In this document: in pieces, positions 47,736 to 58,230 of the stretch | Layout of the letters: every line of letters begins with the position of its first letter | Numbering within the stretch: position 1 is the stretch's first letter | Position numbers and translations under genes: made by a program | Origin: a virus | Direction: 5' to 3' (one strand) | Length of the DNA: 64,000 bases | Virus record (IMG/VR): IMGVR_UViG_3300032315_000601 | Coordinates: 6,181-70,180 of that record | The notes under the pieces: model-generated | Databases searched by the model: none | What the model was told of the DNA's origin: nothing | The model's input: the letters and a program-made list of their open reading frames with translations, nothing else

Positions 47736-48695
47736 TTAGTAATGCTTAGCAACGCGACTTAGGCCAAACCCGTGTGGACTGAACCGCATAGTATTGATTT
47801 GACCGCCCCGCTGTTCACGCAACTCTGCGTTCAGCAGTGACAATGCCCTTGTAAAGTATTCCGTAGCTCTTTCCAAGTCATTTGTATCCTCGTACTTAAG
47901 AGAAATCAAGCCCAGTTTCAAGGCACCCATGTTTCCCGGAATCACGTCATCGTTCTCAGAAACCACGGGTACGTACCTGCGCTTACAAAGGGCGTTTACG
48001 GTTGGTACTTCTGAAGTGTCGTTCCTCGTGATTCGGTACCTACGGTAACTGATATTGGTCTCTCCCGGTTCGTACTGGCCAATTTGAGTCTCGGCGTTCG
48101 AAGCGTTTACGGCCCAAAGGGTTACGTAGCCCAAGGTAGGGGCTTTGGTAATACTGGTGATAGTAGAGAAGTACTGCGTAGTCGTGTTCTCTGAAGCGGT
48201 AAGATTGACCACCAAGCCCTCTTCGCCATCAGAGTTGTACACGGGTTTGCCGTCAGAGTCTGTACCCTTGATGATAAAGCTGTTTCCAGCGTTACGATCG
48301 GATGCATTAGGAACCTTAAGGCGAAGCCGGAAAGACTCGTAAGGAGAGTCTTTGTAGGTAACGAAACCGTCTCCCAAATCTACCACCACATCAGGGCCGC
48401 TGTAGGATTCCATGTCTACCTCGCCGGGGCCTCCGGGGGAGAAGCTGTACCACCTGCCGAAAGGGGTTTTTGGAGCCTTTTGTACCGTGATTCCAAGGAC
48501 GGATTCGCACCTCCGGGGTAGGGTTACGTAGCCCTCGGTAGCGTCGAGGCTTACTTCGACCATCATCCCTTTCCACTTGCCGCTAACAAAAAAGCGTTCA
48601 CACAACTCATTGATACGCGCTGGCACAAGCATACTGTTCGGCCCATCTGGGCTTACATGATGGTGTAGGAGTTGGCGAACTTGAGAGACAATCAT
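47736..48695 (-). CDS. Probable tail tubular/adaptor protein
   Basis: 319 aa; helical termini (RINELCER, AL.LL..EL) around a beta core. Confidence 0.5.
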   Translation of the reverse strand: MIVSQVRQLLHHHVSPDGPNSMLVPARINELCERFFVSGKWKGMMVEVSLDATEGYVTLPRRCESVLGITVQKAPKTPFGRWYSFSPGGPGEVDMESYSGPDVVVDLGDGFVTYKDSPYESFRLRLKVPNASDRNAGNSFIIKGTDSDGKPVYNSDGEEGLVVNLTASENTTTQYFSTITSITKAPTLGYVTLWAVNASNAETQIGQYEPGETNISYRRYRITRNDTSEVPTVNALCKRRYVPVVSENDDVIPGNMGALKLGLISLKYEDTNDLERATEYFTRALSLLNAELREQRGGQINTMRFSPHGFGLSRVAKHY

Positions 48696-48726
48696 TACGG
48701 TTAAAATTACGGTTTCTTTAGCGGGG

Positions 48727-48801
48727 AAATTACGTTATTTCTACCCGAGAATCAAGGTTAATTACCCACTGATTTATCATAAAAAGACGGTTCGGTGTCA
48801 A
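48727..48801 (-). promoter_or_regulatory. Two candidate sigma70-type promoters
   Basis: TTGACA-17-GATAAA (from 48801) and TTGATT-17-TAATTT (from 48755). Confidence 0.4.
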
Positions 48802-48804
48802 GAT

Positions 48805-49326
48805 TTACCACTTTCCTATGGGGCAGTGTTGGCTCCGCATGACGGTTTTTAGTTTCAAAAAGCAACCACACTTTTTGCACCTACCATTTGCAAACATTTC
48901 ACAGCCAGAACAGATGTCCCTTCTTTTTTGTATTTCTTCGGAGTCTAGCTTGTCCTGAGTAAACAGGGCTGCGGCCTCTTCTCGCATTGCCTTGGTGAAA
49001 GAAGCGACCATTTTTAGGGTAGAGGGCGGGGTAACTTCACCCCCTGCCTCTCCTTCCTGTTGCTTTCTCAACGCCTCTTTAAAGAAATTAGCAATTCTTT
49101 GTTTGGGGACATCTACTCCGCGCTCTACCGCTTTTTCTTCTTCTGGTGTCAGTTTAAAAGCGCGTCCTACAATTTCTACAGCACTGACGGCGTTTTTATC
49201 GCAAAACACCGGACCCCAATTCCCGTTAGGGCAAGATGCACAAGGGTTCTCGTAATCGTGATCTCCCTCACAGTCTATGCACTTAGACATGCGCGTTTCA
49301 ACTAGCGGTGCGGGTAGCTTGTCCAT
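48805..49326 (-). CDS. Cys-rich DUF6171-like protein
   Basis: RMSKCIDC...CPNGNW and RRDICSGC...CKKCGC.L.LK...CPIGKW. Confidence 0.75.
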   Translation of the reverse strand: MDKLPAPLVETRMSKCIDCEGDHDYENPCASCPNGNWGPVFCDKNAVSAVEIVGRAFKLTPEEEKAVERGVDVPKQRIANFFKEALRKQQEGEAGGEVTPPSTLKMVASFTKAMREEAAALFTQDKLDSEEIQKRRDICSGCEMFANGRCKKCGCFLKLKTVMRSQHCPIGKW

Positions 49327-49332
49327 AGTTAT

Positions 49333-51627
49333 TTATTCTGTCGGCACACATCCCGTTGGTACTGGCGTCCCATAATTGTTATTATTGGCAAGGTGCTGGG
49401 GGCAACATGGCCAACCTGTCTCATTGACAAGCTCTGGAATAAATTTATAAGCACAACTCCACGCTTCAGATCTACCTAAAAAAGAGGGGCTCCCGATTGG
49501 TTCTCCGGTTTCTCCATCGTAGTCAGTGTAAGTGTAAAAACCACAATCTAAACAATCTTCAGGCGAGATTTGTATATCCTTTACTCCAAAGCCCAAGGGC
49601 TTGTCTGCGGGAGGTTCTGGCGGTTCGTAGCCTTTAACGGTAGAAATTTTCTTTATGAAGATTTCCTCTGTCCTGCCGAATTCCCGCGCCCCTGTTGAAG
49701 GCTGTGGGATTGGGACAATGTTTTCGGGTCCATATACAATGTTTCGTACATCGTATGCTCCAAAATTATTTTTAATGCAGCGACCATCTTCAATTGTTTG
49801 CGAATCCCACTCATAAGTGCCAGCGTCTTCGTATTGAACTATGTTGGGCAAGTCTTCCGTTGGGTATATCCCCCGTCTGGTTAAGGTTATCTTTTTTGCG
49901 AACCAGACCTTCAAATAACACCCTGCAATTGGATTGTGTACAATTCTCCATTTTACATGCTGTTCCGATTGAGATTTATATCTGCCGTCTTGTCCTTGGG
50001 CAAAACGATACGAAGAAGAAAGATGGCCTTGACCAGAAAATAATATAGGATTGGGCAACTCAATAAAACCATTTACAAACGGCTCACTAGGTTCAAGTTT
50101 AGTTATGGTTTTAAAATTTGGGAAGTTAACTTCCTCTGCTTCTGAAAACACACAAGCCGCACTGTTTCCACCGTATACAGTGGTAGCTGTTCCACCGTAT
50201 GCGCCGGGAATGTTTACTCCGCCAAGACCAGTAAAAGACCACGGGGCTGGCACGGGACAATTGCCCGATTCGCAATTCTCTCCGAAGGGAGTGGTTTCGG
50301 AAGTAGAGGTCGGGTAAGTCTGTTCTAAAAAAGCGTAGCCGGGATCACCCTCAACCGGAGGGAAAGCGTAAGTGCGGGGCTCGTCTGCACATATTGTTTG
50401 TCCAGAGCGTCCATAAGTCTTGCTTTGGGTATATGATCCCTGCACCCCGCCGCCAAATAATACTACGTTTGTCGGGTTCGATGTTGGTGGACATTCAAGT
50501 TCGCAATTCTGACCCTGTTGTGTTGTCCCATCACCTGCTCCGTTTGTATTAGGCACGTTAGGGGTAGCGATTCCCGTGAAGCCTTGCACGGCTTGTGAAA
50601 GTGACCCAAACAAGTTACTAGAAGCATTCGCTCCAAAAGCCGCTGACATAATTTGATTAACAGTTATGTCCGGTATGTCCGCTTCCATTCCGTAACCCGT
50701 TGCCACTTGCCAATTGCCGGATTGTGGGTGGATGAAGATAAGAATTCCGCTGTCACTACCGCCTCCTTTGCCCACTCCATATTGCTCCGCAAGCGCAAAA
50801 GGATCATAGGTTCCGTTCGGATTGTTTGGTGTAAAAACAATCGCTAGTTGGTTACCTGTAGTCTGCTCGTACTGCTTTAATGTAGCCACCAGATTTCTCG
50901 TTTGCTCAAAGTTCATGTACGGAGAGGCCCCCGTAATGTAATTTTTAATTTCTTCGGGCAACTCACTAAAATTGGGGTCAGTAGATCCCGCCCCCCAAGA
51001 GCCCGAAGCTCCGCCGCCCCCGAACTCACCTCCACCGGGGTTGAACGCACCCCCAAGACCGTCTGAGGCCCCCGATGAACTGGCTTGGTTGCATGTCATT
51101 TCTTCTATGTCCTGCCATTCTGTAAGGGATGGTTTAGTAAGGCCATAATTTGGTATCCAACAATCGTAATTAGACCTCTCTGCGGTTGATTTGGAACCGG
51201 AAGATTGAGTTTCGTTATAACTTGATTCGCAGGGGCACTCCTCGTTGGGGGCCTCTGTTGTGTCTTGGTAGGCAAAAAAAGCCGAGGTTGTGCGGGAGTA
51301 GTTTGACTCGTAAGCATCAGGAAACCCCGGATCTCCAGCCGCCGCCTCAAACGAAAGGCTTATCGATCCAGTTGATTCTACGCTGGTCTGCCACGGTCCT
51401 ATTAAGTTGTCGTAGAAATCATAGCCACCCTCCTCTGGTGGGCGCGTGCCTATGGGCACTTGCCCAACGTAACAGAAGGTGTTGCACTCCCTGTTAAAAG
51501 AAACGTGCTGTAGTGTAATGCGGATAGCGTTAGGCCACCCGCAACAATTACACCCTGTTCGCGCCCGTCTCAACGGCCTACTACTATTAGGTAATGGCTG
51601 GCTAAACTCTTCTACACTTGTAATCAT
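49333..51627 (-). CDS. Cys-rich tail-region protein with inserted TPM (YgcG-like) domain
   Basis: GGGEFGGGGASGSW followed by LKQYEQTTGNQLAIV...YGVG...DSGILI...VATGYGMEADIPD. Confidence 0.72.
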   Translation of the reverse strand: MITSVEEFSQPLPNSSRPLRRARTGCNCCGWPNAIRITLQHVSFNRECNTFCYVGQVPIGTRPPEEGGYDFYDNLIGPWQTSVESTGSISLSFEAAAGDPGFPDAYESNYSRTTSAFFAYQDTTEAPNEECPCESSYNETQSSGSKSTAERSNYDCWIPNYGLTKPSLTEWQDIEEMTCNQASSSGASDGLGGAFNPGGGEFGGGGASGSWGAGSTDPNFSELPEEIKNYITGASPYMNFEQTRNLVATLKQYEQTTGNQLAIVFTPNNPNGTYDPFALAEQYGVGKGGGSDSGILIFIHPQSGNWQVATGYGMEADIPDITVNQIMSAAFGANASSNLFGSLSQAVQGFTGIATPNVPNTNGAGDGTTQQGQNCELECPPTSNPTNVVLFGGGVQGSYTQSKTYGRSGQTICADEPRTYAFPPVEGDPGYAFLEQTYPTSTSETTPFGENCESGNCPVPAPWSFTGLGGVNIPGAYGGTATTVYGGNSAACVFSEAEEVNFPNFKTITKLEPSEPFVNGFIELPNPILFSGQGHLSSSYRFAQGQDGRYKSQSEQHVKWRIVHNPIAGCYLKVWFAKKITLTRRGIYPTEDLPNIVQYEDAGTYEWDSQTIEDGRCIKNNFGAYDVRNIVYGPENIVPIPQPSTGAREFGRTEEIFIKKISTVKGYEPPEPPADKPLGFGVKDIQISPEDCLDCGFYTYTDYDGETGEPIGSPSFLGRSEAWSCAYKFIPELVNETGWPCCPQHLANNNNYGTPVPTGCVPTE

Positions 51628-51680
51628 ATTAATTGATTAGGTTGGCCAGATTCTAAAAAACTTTTGTAACTTTAAAAAGA

Positions 51681-52475
51681 CTAAGCTCTATAAAATGTAA
51701 CATTATAAAAAGGTTGAGTACTAGTGAACCAATTGCGGCATAAAGCATAATCTACACTTCCGCAATCATAGTTAGTTACCGTGGGTACCGCTGGGTCTCC
51801 AACGTACTCGTAGTATCCTAGCGAGTAGCGAAATTTCGTACTTGTATTTGAGGGAGTTGAGGCCGCTTCATCTATTTCCACAGACACCAATTCTCCCGTA
51901 GTGTTATTAATTGTTAGTTCTACATACACCTCTCCGCTACCACTAGTTGCTACCCGTACTCCATCGGAAGAAGTGAATCCTGTGGGCTGTTGTCCGCCGA
52001 CTGTACCAGCACCAATCCATACTTCGTTGACTGGGGGTGTGCCGACAGTTTTGGTGTAGAGAGCGAGGCCGATACAAGTTGGCACTCCTGCCCCCGCTGT
52101 CGCGGTCGAACGGATATCCGGCTTTAAATCAAAAGGGACTGCGGGGTAGTAGTTGCTTGGCAACAAAGATATGGGCGGCAAAGGTACGTTAGTGTTTTGG
52201 GGCGGTTGTGATTGTGGCTGGAAACCTGATTTTTGGGCGGCATTTTGGGAAGCTTCCGCTTTCAAAGTTTCGCCTGCTAGCCAGCTACTCACCCTCCCCG
52301 TCTGTTCAAACCGTCTTACCTCTCTCTCAATCCTCCTACCCAAAGACCCTCCCTGCCTTGCAATTTCTTGCAGGTTTACGTTTTTAGACTCCAAGGCTTT
52401 GGAAGCGTCTGCTCTTTGCTGCTTTCGCTCTGCATTGCGGAGTTCGTTAAGATTGCTGCGTTCCTCCGAAGTCAT
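51681..52475 (-). CDS. Putative structural protein
   Basis: 264 aa, beta-rich C-terminus. Confidence 0.6.
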   Translation of the reverse strand: MTSEERSNLNELRNAERKQQRADASKALESKNVNLQEIARQGGSLGRRIEREVRRFEQTGRVSSWLAGETLKAEASQNAAQKSGFQPQSQPPQNTNVPLPPISLLPSNYYPAVPFDLKPDIRSTATAGAGVPTCIGLALYTKTVGTPPVNEVWIGAGTVGGQQPTGFTSSDGVRVATSGSGEVYVELTINNTTGELVSVEIDEAASTPSNTSTKFRYSLGYYEYVGDPAVPTVTNYDCGSVDYALCRNWFTSTQPFYNVTFYRA

Positions 52476-52478
52476 AAA

Positions 52479-55091
52479 TTACGCTAAGTTTGCGGCATCA
52501 AAAGTAACGGCACGGACAAAATACCATCCAAATTTGTAGGGCTCGCTACTGGAACTGATCACGTAAACACCAGTATCTGGTAGTTTATTGGGGCTGGTAG
52601 CCGGAACCGTAAAAATAGCCGAAGCATCAAGTCTGTGGGTTAATTTGGGTTTTATTTCTACTTTCGCAAAGTTAAACGCGAACCCAGTCGGTGATGTTCC
52701 ACCTAACGCTTCATAAGTTAGGGCAATCTCTAAGTCTTTATTTTCAGCAAAATCGGATATGTTAATACTTTTTCCTTCAGTTAGACACAGCGGTACGTTT
52801 ACAGAAACGGGAATTAAGGAGGCCGAAGACTCTTCTGAAGTCCCATTAGAGGGGAGGTATCCGTAACCCACACCCGTTTCATGAAGCGTCAAACTCCGTT
52901 GAATTGCGGCTTGGAGACTTTTACGTTCGCTTTTACCGTATATAGTGGTCGTAAAACTTTTAGGTTTAAGTATGGGCCAATCGGCACTTGCACCTGTTTT
53001 ACTGACTATCTTTGCTTTGGTTAACTCTTCTTTTTTAAGAAAAAACAAATGGACTGTCGCGGGGAGATTTTTACCCCAAATGTTTTCCAACTCAATGTCT
53101 ACCGTTGGAATTAACGAAATTGTAGAAGATACGGTGCCGCTGTCTTGTTGAGTTATGTTTAAAAAACTACCCGCCCCACCAGTAGTATCCCTCGCATCGG
53201 AAGCAGTACTTTTTTCTTTTTTCCATGTTACGTTTATATTTTTTAAGACGGGCGGTAAATCTAAGTCTATCGACGTTGGTATCTGTGCACTGAAACTACC
53301 AAGAACAGTATCTAAGTCAGTTGTAGTATACGTTCGAACCAAACTTACTCCCTCTCCCAAACCCTCCCCCTCTGTCGAGGCACCTGCAGGTATTGAGGTA
53401 GAAATATATTCTGTGTAAGGAAGCTGTAAGCCAAAGTTTTCTTCTAGTCTGGAGCCCGAAAGTGAATTGTAGGTTTCCCCTCGTGAGACAGTAGTGTTCT
53501 GAACCGTAAACTCTGTGAGTCTTTGTTCAGTTTTTAGATACTCCCCCGCTCCAAGTGTTGGGGTCGCTACCGTATTTTGTTCTAATATTTGTTCCGTCCT
53601 GACAATTCCAATATTAGATCTGAATTTTTCCGGAATAACATCGGGCTTTTGCACAGACTTGCTAAGAGAATCGAACACACCCGGAACCGTAATTGTTGTC
53701 TTGACCGTACGCCCATCTCCTAGTTCTTCTACGTTGGAGTCTACAATCACAGCCGACAGGGGGGTAATCACTTGTGCTCCGGAAGAAAGCGTAATAGTCC
53801 GGGTTCCAAGCTGCCCCTGATTAGTCAAAACTTGTTCTACGAAAGATGAGGTAGTCGGCGTTGTTCGGGAAGTTGTTGAAGTGCGCTTAACAAATTTGGT
53901 TACTTGCTGCTCGGTTTTTACAAACTCGTTGGTATCTAGCGTAAAATTAGACGCCGCAGTTCCCGCAGTATTTTGCTCTGTAGTAGATTCCAACACACGG
54001 GCTTTAAACTTTGTCGGAGTCAGATCTTCTTTGGTCTTACGATAAATTTCCCCCGCAAACACTCCGGGTATGTCGATAACTCTTTCGACAACAGACTCTG
54101 CATCTTCACTATTGACTTCAACTGTTTTGGTCGCAGTGGGTTGCGGGGCTACGTAGTTGTCAGAACCTTTACGTTGGGTCGTTACAGTTGCCAGTTGCCC
54201 TTCGTTATCAGTCACGAAGCCCCTGAGTTGGGGTCCGTTTACGCTGTAAGTCTGAACAATCTTGACAGAAAGAAACTCGTTGTAAGCCTCGTAAGAGATC
54301 TGCGTAATAACCCCATTATTGTTAGAAAGCGAGGCCACTTCGGCCCCAGTGGTGGGAACAAGCTGGCGGCGTTCTTGTACGGGGCCGCGAGAAGCATCGT
54401 AAAAGTCTCGATCCTTCACGGGGAACTGTGAGTTGCCATCGCCGTCAAGCTCCGTGGACCAAGACTCTTCAAGTTCCGTATACACCCCCGTAGAACCGTC
54501 TCGTGCTTCGTAAGTAGTTCGGGTATTCTCTGTAAGAGAAGCTACCTGCCCACTGTTGACAACGCTGCGCCTACGTATCTGAACGGGGCCTAGATCGTCA
54601 TCGTAACGAGAAGAAGGGACCCAAGGTCCGGGGAGAGTTTCATAAATACGGGTTACCGTAAGATACAGGTTGTTGAGTTCTCCTTCAGCGGGGGCTGCCT
54701 CTTCGTCGACCAAAAAAGCACCCGGAATTACTGGGTCTGGGCTGTTATCAGCTAGGGGTACGTAGGTATCTCTGGGTTCAACATACGTACGAACGTAGAT
54801 GGGATAGTCAGGTTCACCTGCGCTGAACTTGATGGCGTAGTTGTACGTTTCTTGGTTTACTCTATCTGTAGCAAAAACTCTGCGGACAAAACGATCGTCT
54901 TCAAGTGGTGTCTGCGCAACCAGCTTTGCTCCGGGATACCGTGTTTGGTCAGGATACAGGGTTCCATACTCAAGAACCTTGTACCCCGGTAAACGGGAAT
55001 CCACGTCAACGGTTATAACAATGTCCGCTACCTCTGGGGTAGGGTAACTAGTTATAGGCGTATCGGGAGCTACTAGACGTTTTTGTGCCAT
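52479..55091 (-). CDS. Putative tail protein
   Basis: 870 aa, Thr/Val-rich with internal repeats (GPVQ.RR; KTEQ.LT.F). Confidence 0.65.
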   Translation of the reverse strand: MAQKRLVAPDTPITSYPTPEVADIVITVDVDSRLPGYKVLEYGTLYPDQTRYPGAKLVAQTPLEDDRFVRRVFATDRVNQETYNYAIKFSAGEPDYPIYVRTYVEPRDTYVPLADNSPDPVIPGAFLVDEEAAPAEGELNNLYLTVTRIYETLPGPWVPSSRYDDDLGPVQIRRRSVVNSGQVASLTENTRTTYEARDGSTGVYTELEESWSTELDGDGNSQFPVKDRDFYDASRGPVQERRQLVPTTGAEVASLSNNNGVITQISYEAYNEFLSVKIVQTYSVNGPQLRGFVTDNEGQLATVTTQRKGSDNYVAPQPTATKTVEVNSEDAESVVERVIDIPGVFAGEIYRKTKEDLTPTKFKARVLESTTEQNTAGTAASNFTLDTNEFVKTEQQVTKFVKRTSTTSRTTPTTSSFVEQVLTNQGQLGTRTITLSSGAQVITPLSAVIVDSNVEELGDGRTVKTTITVPGVFDSLSKSVQKPDVIPEKFRSNIGIVRTEQILEQNTVATPTLGAGEYLKTEQRLTEFTVQNTTVSRGETYNSLSGSRLEENFGLQLPYTEYISTSIPAGASTEGEGLGEGVSLVRTYTTTDLDTVLGSFSAQIPTSIDLDLPPVLKNINVTWKKEKSTASDARDTTGGAGSFLNITQQDSGTVSSTISLIPTVDIELENIWGKNLPATVHLFFLKKEELTKAKIVSKTGASADWPILKPKSFTTTIYGKSERKSLQAAIQRSLTLHETGVGYGYLPSNGTSEESSASLIPVSVNVPLCLTEGKSINISDFAENKDLEIALTYEALGGTSPTGFAFNFAKVEIKPKLTHRLDASAIFTVPATSPNKLPDTGVYVISSSSEPYKFGWYFVRAVTFDAANLA

Positions 55092-55615
55092 GTATTTGAT
55101 TTATCAATCAAAACGTACGGGATGGTTTTAACTCCGGCACGTTTCATTTCCATCTTTACCAGTTCATAAAAGCTACCCCACTGCGGAGGGGGGATCGTCT
55201 GGCAGCCATCAGAAGAAGTAGAGTTATTTGATCCCTTATGGATGTTGATGCCAAACCAACCAGTATCGTCCCCAGCACCGACTCTCGATACGGTTACGGG
55301 AGCAGCCTGTACCAAAGCCGGATACTGCCGATGTTTGGCCTTACTGGTGTTGTGGATGCCGAGTCGATACTGCCACACCCCAGCTTTCAGTCTTGCCACC
55401 CTTGGTTTGAGGGTAGAGGGGTCGGTGTTCGCATTGAACGGGTAGTGTCCGTATTCTGACACAAGGAATATGGCGTCATCGTAAACTCCAATGTTGTTAC
55501 CTTCGGGTGCAAAGGTCTTGCTGTAGTAACCCCTAACCGCCAGCAAAGCTACCGGAAAATCCAAACCGGGAAGCAAAGACTGAGTTTCTTGCTTGGACTG
55601 TTTGGGTTTGATCAT
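55073..55615 (-). CDS. Probable endolysin (YkuD/L,D-peptidase-like)
   Basis: VRGYY, YDDA, ANTDPS, ALVQ, GINIH.G...S.GCQ (His/Cys). Confidence 0.65.
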   Translation of the reverse strand: MIKPKQSKQETQSLLPGLDFPVALLAVRGYYSKTFAPEGNNIGVYDDAIFLVSEYGHYPFNANTDPSTLKPRVARLKAGVWQYRLGIHNTSKAKHRQYPALVQAAPVTVSRVGAGDDTGWFGINIHKGSNNSTSSDGCQTIPPPQWGSFYELVKMEMKRAGVKTIPYVLIDKSNTWHKNV

Positions 55616-58230
55616 TGGAACAGGGGAATACGATAACTATTGGTTGCTCCGTTGGTAATTACGCTAACCTCCATCCAAGCGACAGCCGTGTTGAAGCCAA
55701 TAGAATTTACGTTTGCAGAATTTGTTGGGGTGGAATTGGTGGAAAAAATGGCCCGTTGAAATCCTGCGGCATTGGTGTTGGTCAGAGCGGCCAACGGAAT
55801 GCCGAGGTTGGTTCTGCTTGCCGCCACATGACTCGCTGCATTGGTTCCAGAGAAGAAGATGGGCTCTACATAAGAGATGTTGTCGGCCAACGTCCACGCC
55901 CCACTGCGATACATAAATAAAACCGCTTCATCACCCTGATTAAGCGTAATTAGGCTATTTGTCGCACCCAACTGCCTAACAGCTGTTACAGTACTGGCTG
56001 AATTAGTGCCCAAATGAATAATAGTTGCCCTGTCTCCTTCAAGTGTGGTTGCGGGGTTGGTTGGCAACGTCACGGTATTGGTCACCCCAGACACCGAAGG
56101 CGCGAGACTAAACAGAAACAAATTGCGGCTGTTTGTAGCGGCATTTGTGGATGTCCCAGTAACATTTGTTTGATATTGAACAGTGGTGGAAATTGGGGCT
56201 ACCTGCCAAAAATTGGTCGGGCTTACTACCTGTCCGTTGGTATTGTATAGGACGGGGTTGGTTCCGCTGCCGTAGAGAGAGGTGTTGAATCCCGCCGTAT
56301 TGGTGTTGGTTAGCGCAGACCATCCAAGACCGAGGTTGGTTCGTGTGGTGGCTTTGTTTGTTTGTCCCAAAACATCAATAGGTCCGCCAACGGCTAACGC
56401 CTCTCCAACAGTCCACCCACCAAAAAGGGTATTTTCCTCAAGTTGTATTTTCTCTCCATTCCATGAAATTAAAGCGTCAGCAATTATAGTGTCGCCAGTT
56501 GTTACGGAAGCAAATGCTACATTATTCGTCGGGCCGAGGCCAAGTCCTCGTAAAAAATTTGTTCTGTTTGCTGGATTTTCAAAAACAATGATATTAGTGT
56601 TAGTTGTGTCTCCTACGAAAAGATAATCTCCAAACTCCAAGTAACCTGTTTGTATATTTGTAAAAATTGCCGCCCCGTTTGTGGATACAAAGTTGGTATT
56701 TACGAAAACCGCTGTCTGGGTGGAAAAAATTGTGTTGGTGGAAATGTTTCCCAACCCAATGTTTGTCCTCGCCCCACCAGCCGTAGTAGCCCCGCTTCCG
56801 CCATTAGAAATTGCAATAGTGCCAGTGACATTAGAGGCCAAGCCAACTGTTCCTGTGATGTTAGCTGCTGTAAGGTTGGTTAGTGCACTACCATTGCTAG
56901 ACGCAAGATTGGTTAGCACAGAAGACGAGGGCTGAAATGCTGTTGCAGGATTTGTTGCAGCTGTTCCGAGTCCGAGGTTGGTGCGGGTTGCGGCGGCACT
57001 GCCAACGGCATTACTTCCAGAAAAAGAAAGAGGCCCGCCAATTTGGACGTTTGTTCCAAAAGAACCAGTTCCACTTACGCTAAAAGATATCCCAGTTGCC
57101 GTTTCAACAGAATTTGAGAAAACTTGAAGTGCATCAATTCCACCAACAACCGTGACAATTCTTTCCGGCCCAGCGGTGGCATAAAATCCACGATTTGTAG
57201 ACCCCAGAGCAATAGCCAGATTTGTTGCCGCCCCGTTGGATACTGACAAATTTGAAAACACAACAGCGTTGGTCGTGCCGAGGCCGAGGTTGGTGCGACT
57301 TGTTGCAGCATTAGTTCCCGTCCATCCTAATCCGAGGTTGGTGCGGGATTGAGCAGTCAGTGTACCATTAGTAGAATACCCGACAAGCGTGACTGAGCTT
57401 TGCGGAAGACTGACCGTGATAACAGAAGTTGCGGTTCCGGTGAGTGTTGTGCGGATATCTGATCTACCAAGTTCAATAAAAGCATCTGTCGTATTTATAG
57501 AACCACCATCGTCGGAGGTGTTAATGCTGCCACCACCACCTTCAGTACCTCCGTTCATGTTGATTGAGCCGCCGGGACTTCCCCCTGCGGCAGTGTGACC
57601 AATTGAAGTAATAGAGCCGCCTTGGCCACTGCCGCTTGCAGATGCGGACAAGTTGATTGATCCAGCGGAGGCGTTATAGCCGATCAAACTAATATTGCCA
57701 CCAGTTGCGCCCTCATCTGTGCCTCCAGATAGGTTAATTGAGCCGCCACTAGCCGCATTACTGGAAGTGTTAATTGAATTGCTTGCAATGTTGCCAATTC
57801 CAAGGTTTGTTTTAGCTCCCCCAGCCGTAGTTGCTCCGCTTCCTCCGTTGCTGATAGCGATAGTTCCCGTGACATTAGAAGCCAAGGCAACAGTTCCTGT
57901 GATATTAGCTGCTGTAAGGTTGGTTAGTCCCGCTCCGTTGCCGTTTGTGCGAAGGAGGATAGTTGGGAAGTTGGTAAGATTAATTGCGTCCCCATTGGTA
58001 GCCAAAGCTCCGATAGCTGTGCGCGCTGTAGCCACATTTGTAGCAACCCAAAGTGGACTAAGATTAGTGCTAAAACCCAATCCGGAACGACCCGCCAAAG
58101 CATTAGCGGTCCAAAAATTAAGTGGGTACGTAATGATGGAATTTGATCTATTTACCATCACTGCGTTTTGACCCAACGTGGTAGCTACAGCTATTAACCA
58201 CAGGGCTAGGGGTAGAATTTTTTTAAACAT
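55612..58230 (-). CDS. Asn/Thr-rich tail fibre-like protein with signal peptide-like N-terminus
   Basis: Several (A/S)RTNLGLG repeats, 46-aa internal duplication; MFKKILPLALWLIAVATTLG-Q. Confidence 0.7.
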   Translation of the reverse strand: MFKKILPLALWLIAVATTLGQNAVMVNRSNSIITYPLNFWTANALAGRSGLGFSTNLSPLWVATNVATARTAIGALATNGDAINLTNFPTILLRTNGNGAGLTNLTAANITGTVALASNVTGTIAISNGGSGATTAGGAKTNLGIGNIASNSINTSSNAASGGSINLSGGTDEGATGGNISLIGYNASAGSINLSASASGSGQGGSITSIGHTAAGGSPGGSINMNGGTEGGGGSINTSDDGGSINTTDAFIELGRSDIRTTLTGTATSVITVSLPQSSVTLVGYSTNGTLTAQSRTNLGLGWTGTNAATSRTNLGLGTTNAVVFSNLSVSNGAATNLAIALGSTNRGFYATAGPERIVTVVGGIDALQVFSNSVETATGISFSVSGTGSFGTNVQIGGPLSFSGSNAVGSAAATRTNLGLGTAATNPATAFQPSSSVLTNLASSNGSALTNLTAANITGTVGLASNVTGTIAISNGGSGATTAGGARTNIGLGNISTNTIFSTQTAVFVNTNFVSTNGAAIFTNIQTGYLEFGDYLFVGDTTNTNIIVFENPANRTNFLRGLGLGPTNNVAFASVTTGDTIIADALISWNGEKIQLEENTLFGGWTVGEALAVGGPIDVLGQTNKATTRTNLGLGWSALTNTNTAGFNTSLYGSGTNPVLYNTNGQVVSPTNFWQVAPISTTVQYQTNVTGTSTNAATNSRNLFLFSLAPSVSGVTNTVTLPTNPATTLEGDRATIIHLGTNSASTVTAVRQLGATNSLITLNQGDEAVLFMYRSGAWTLADNISYVEPIFFSGTNAASHVAASRTNLGIPLAALTNTNAAGFQRAIFSTNSTPTNSANVNSIGFNTAVAWMEVSVITNGATNSYRIPLFQ

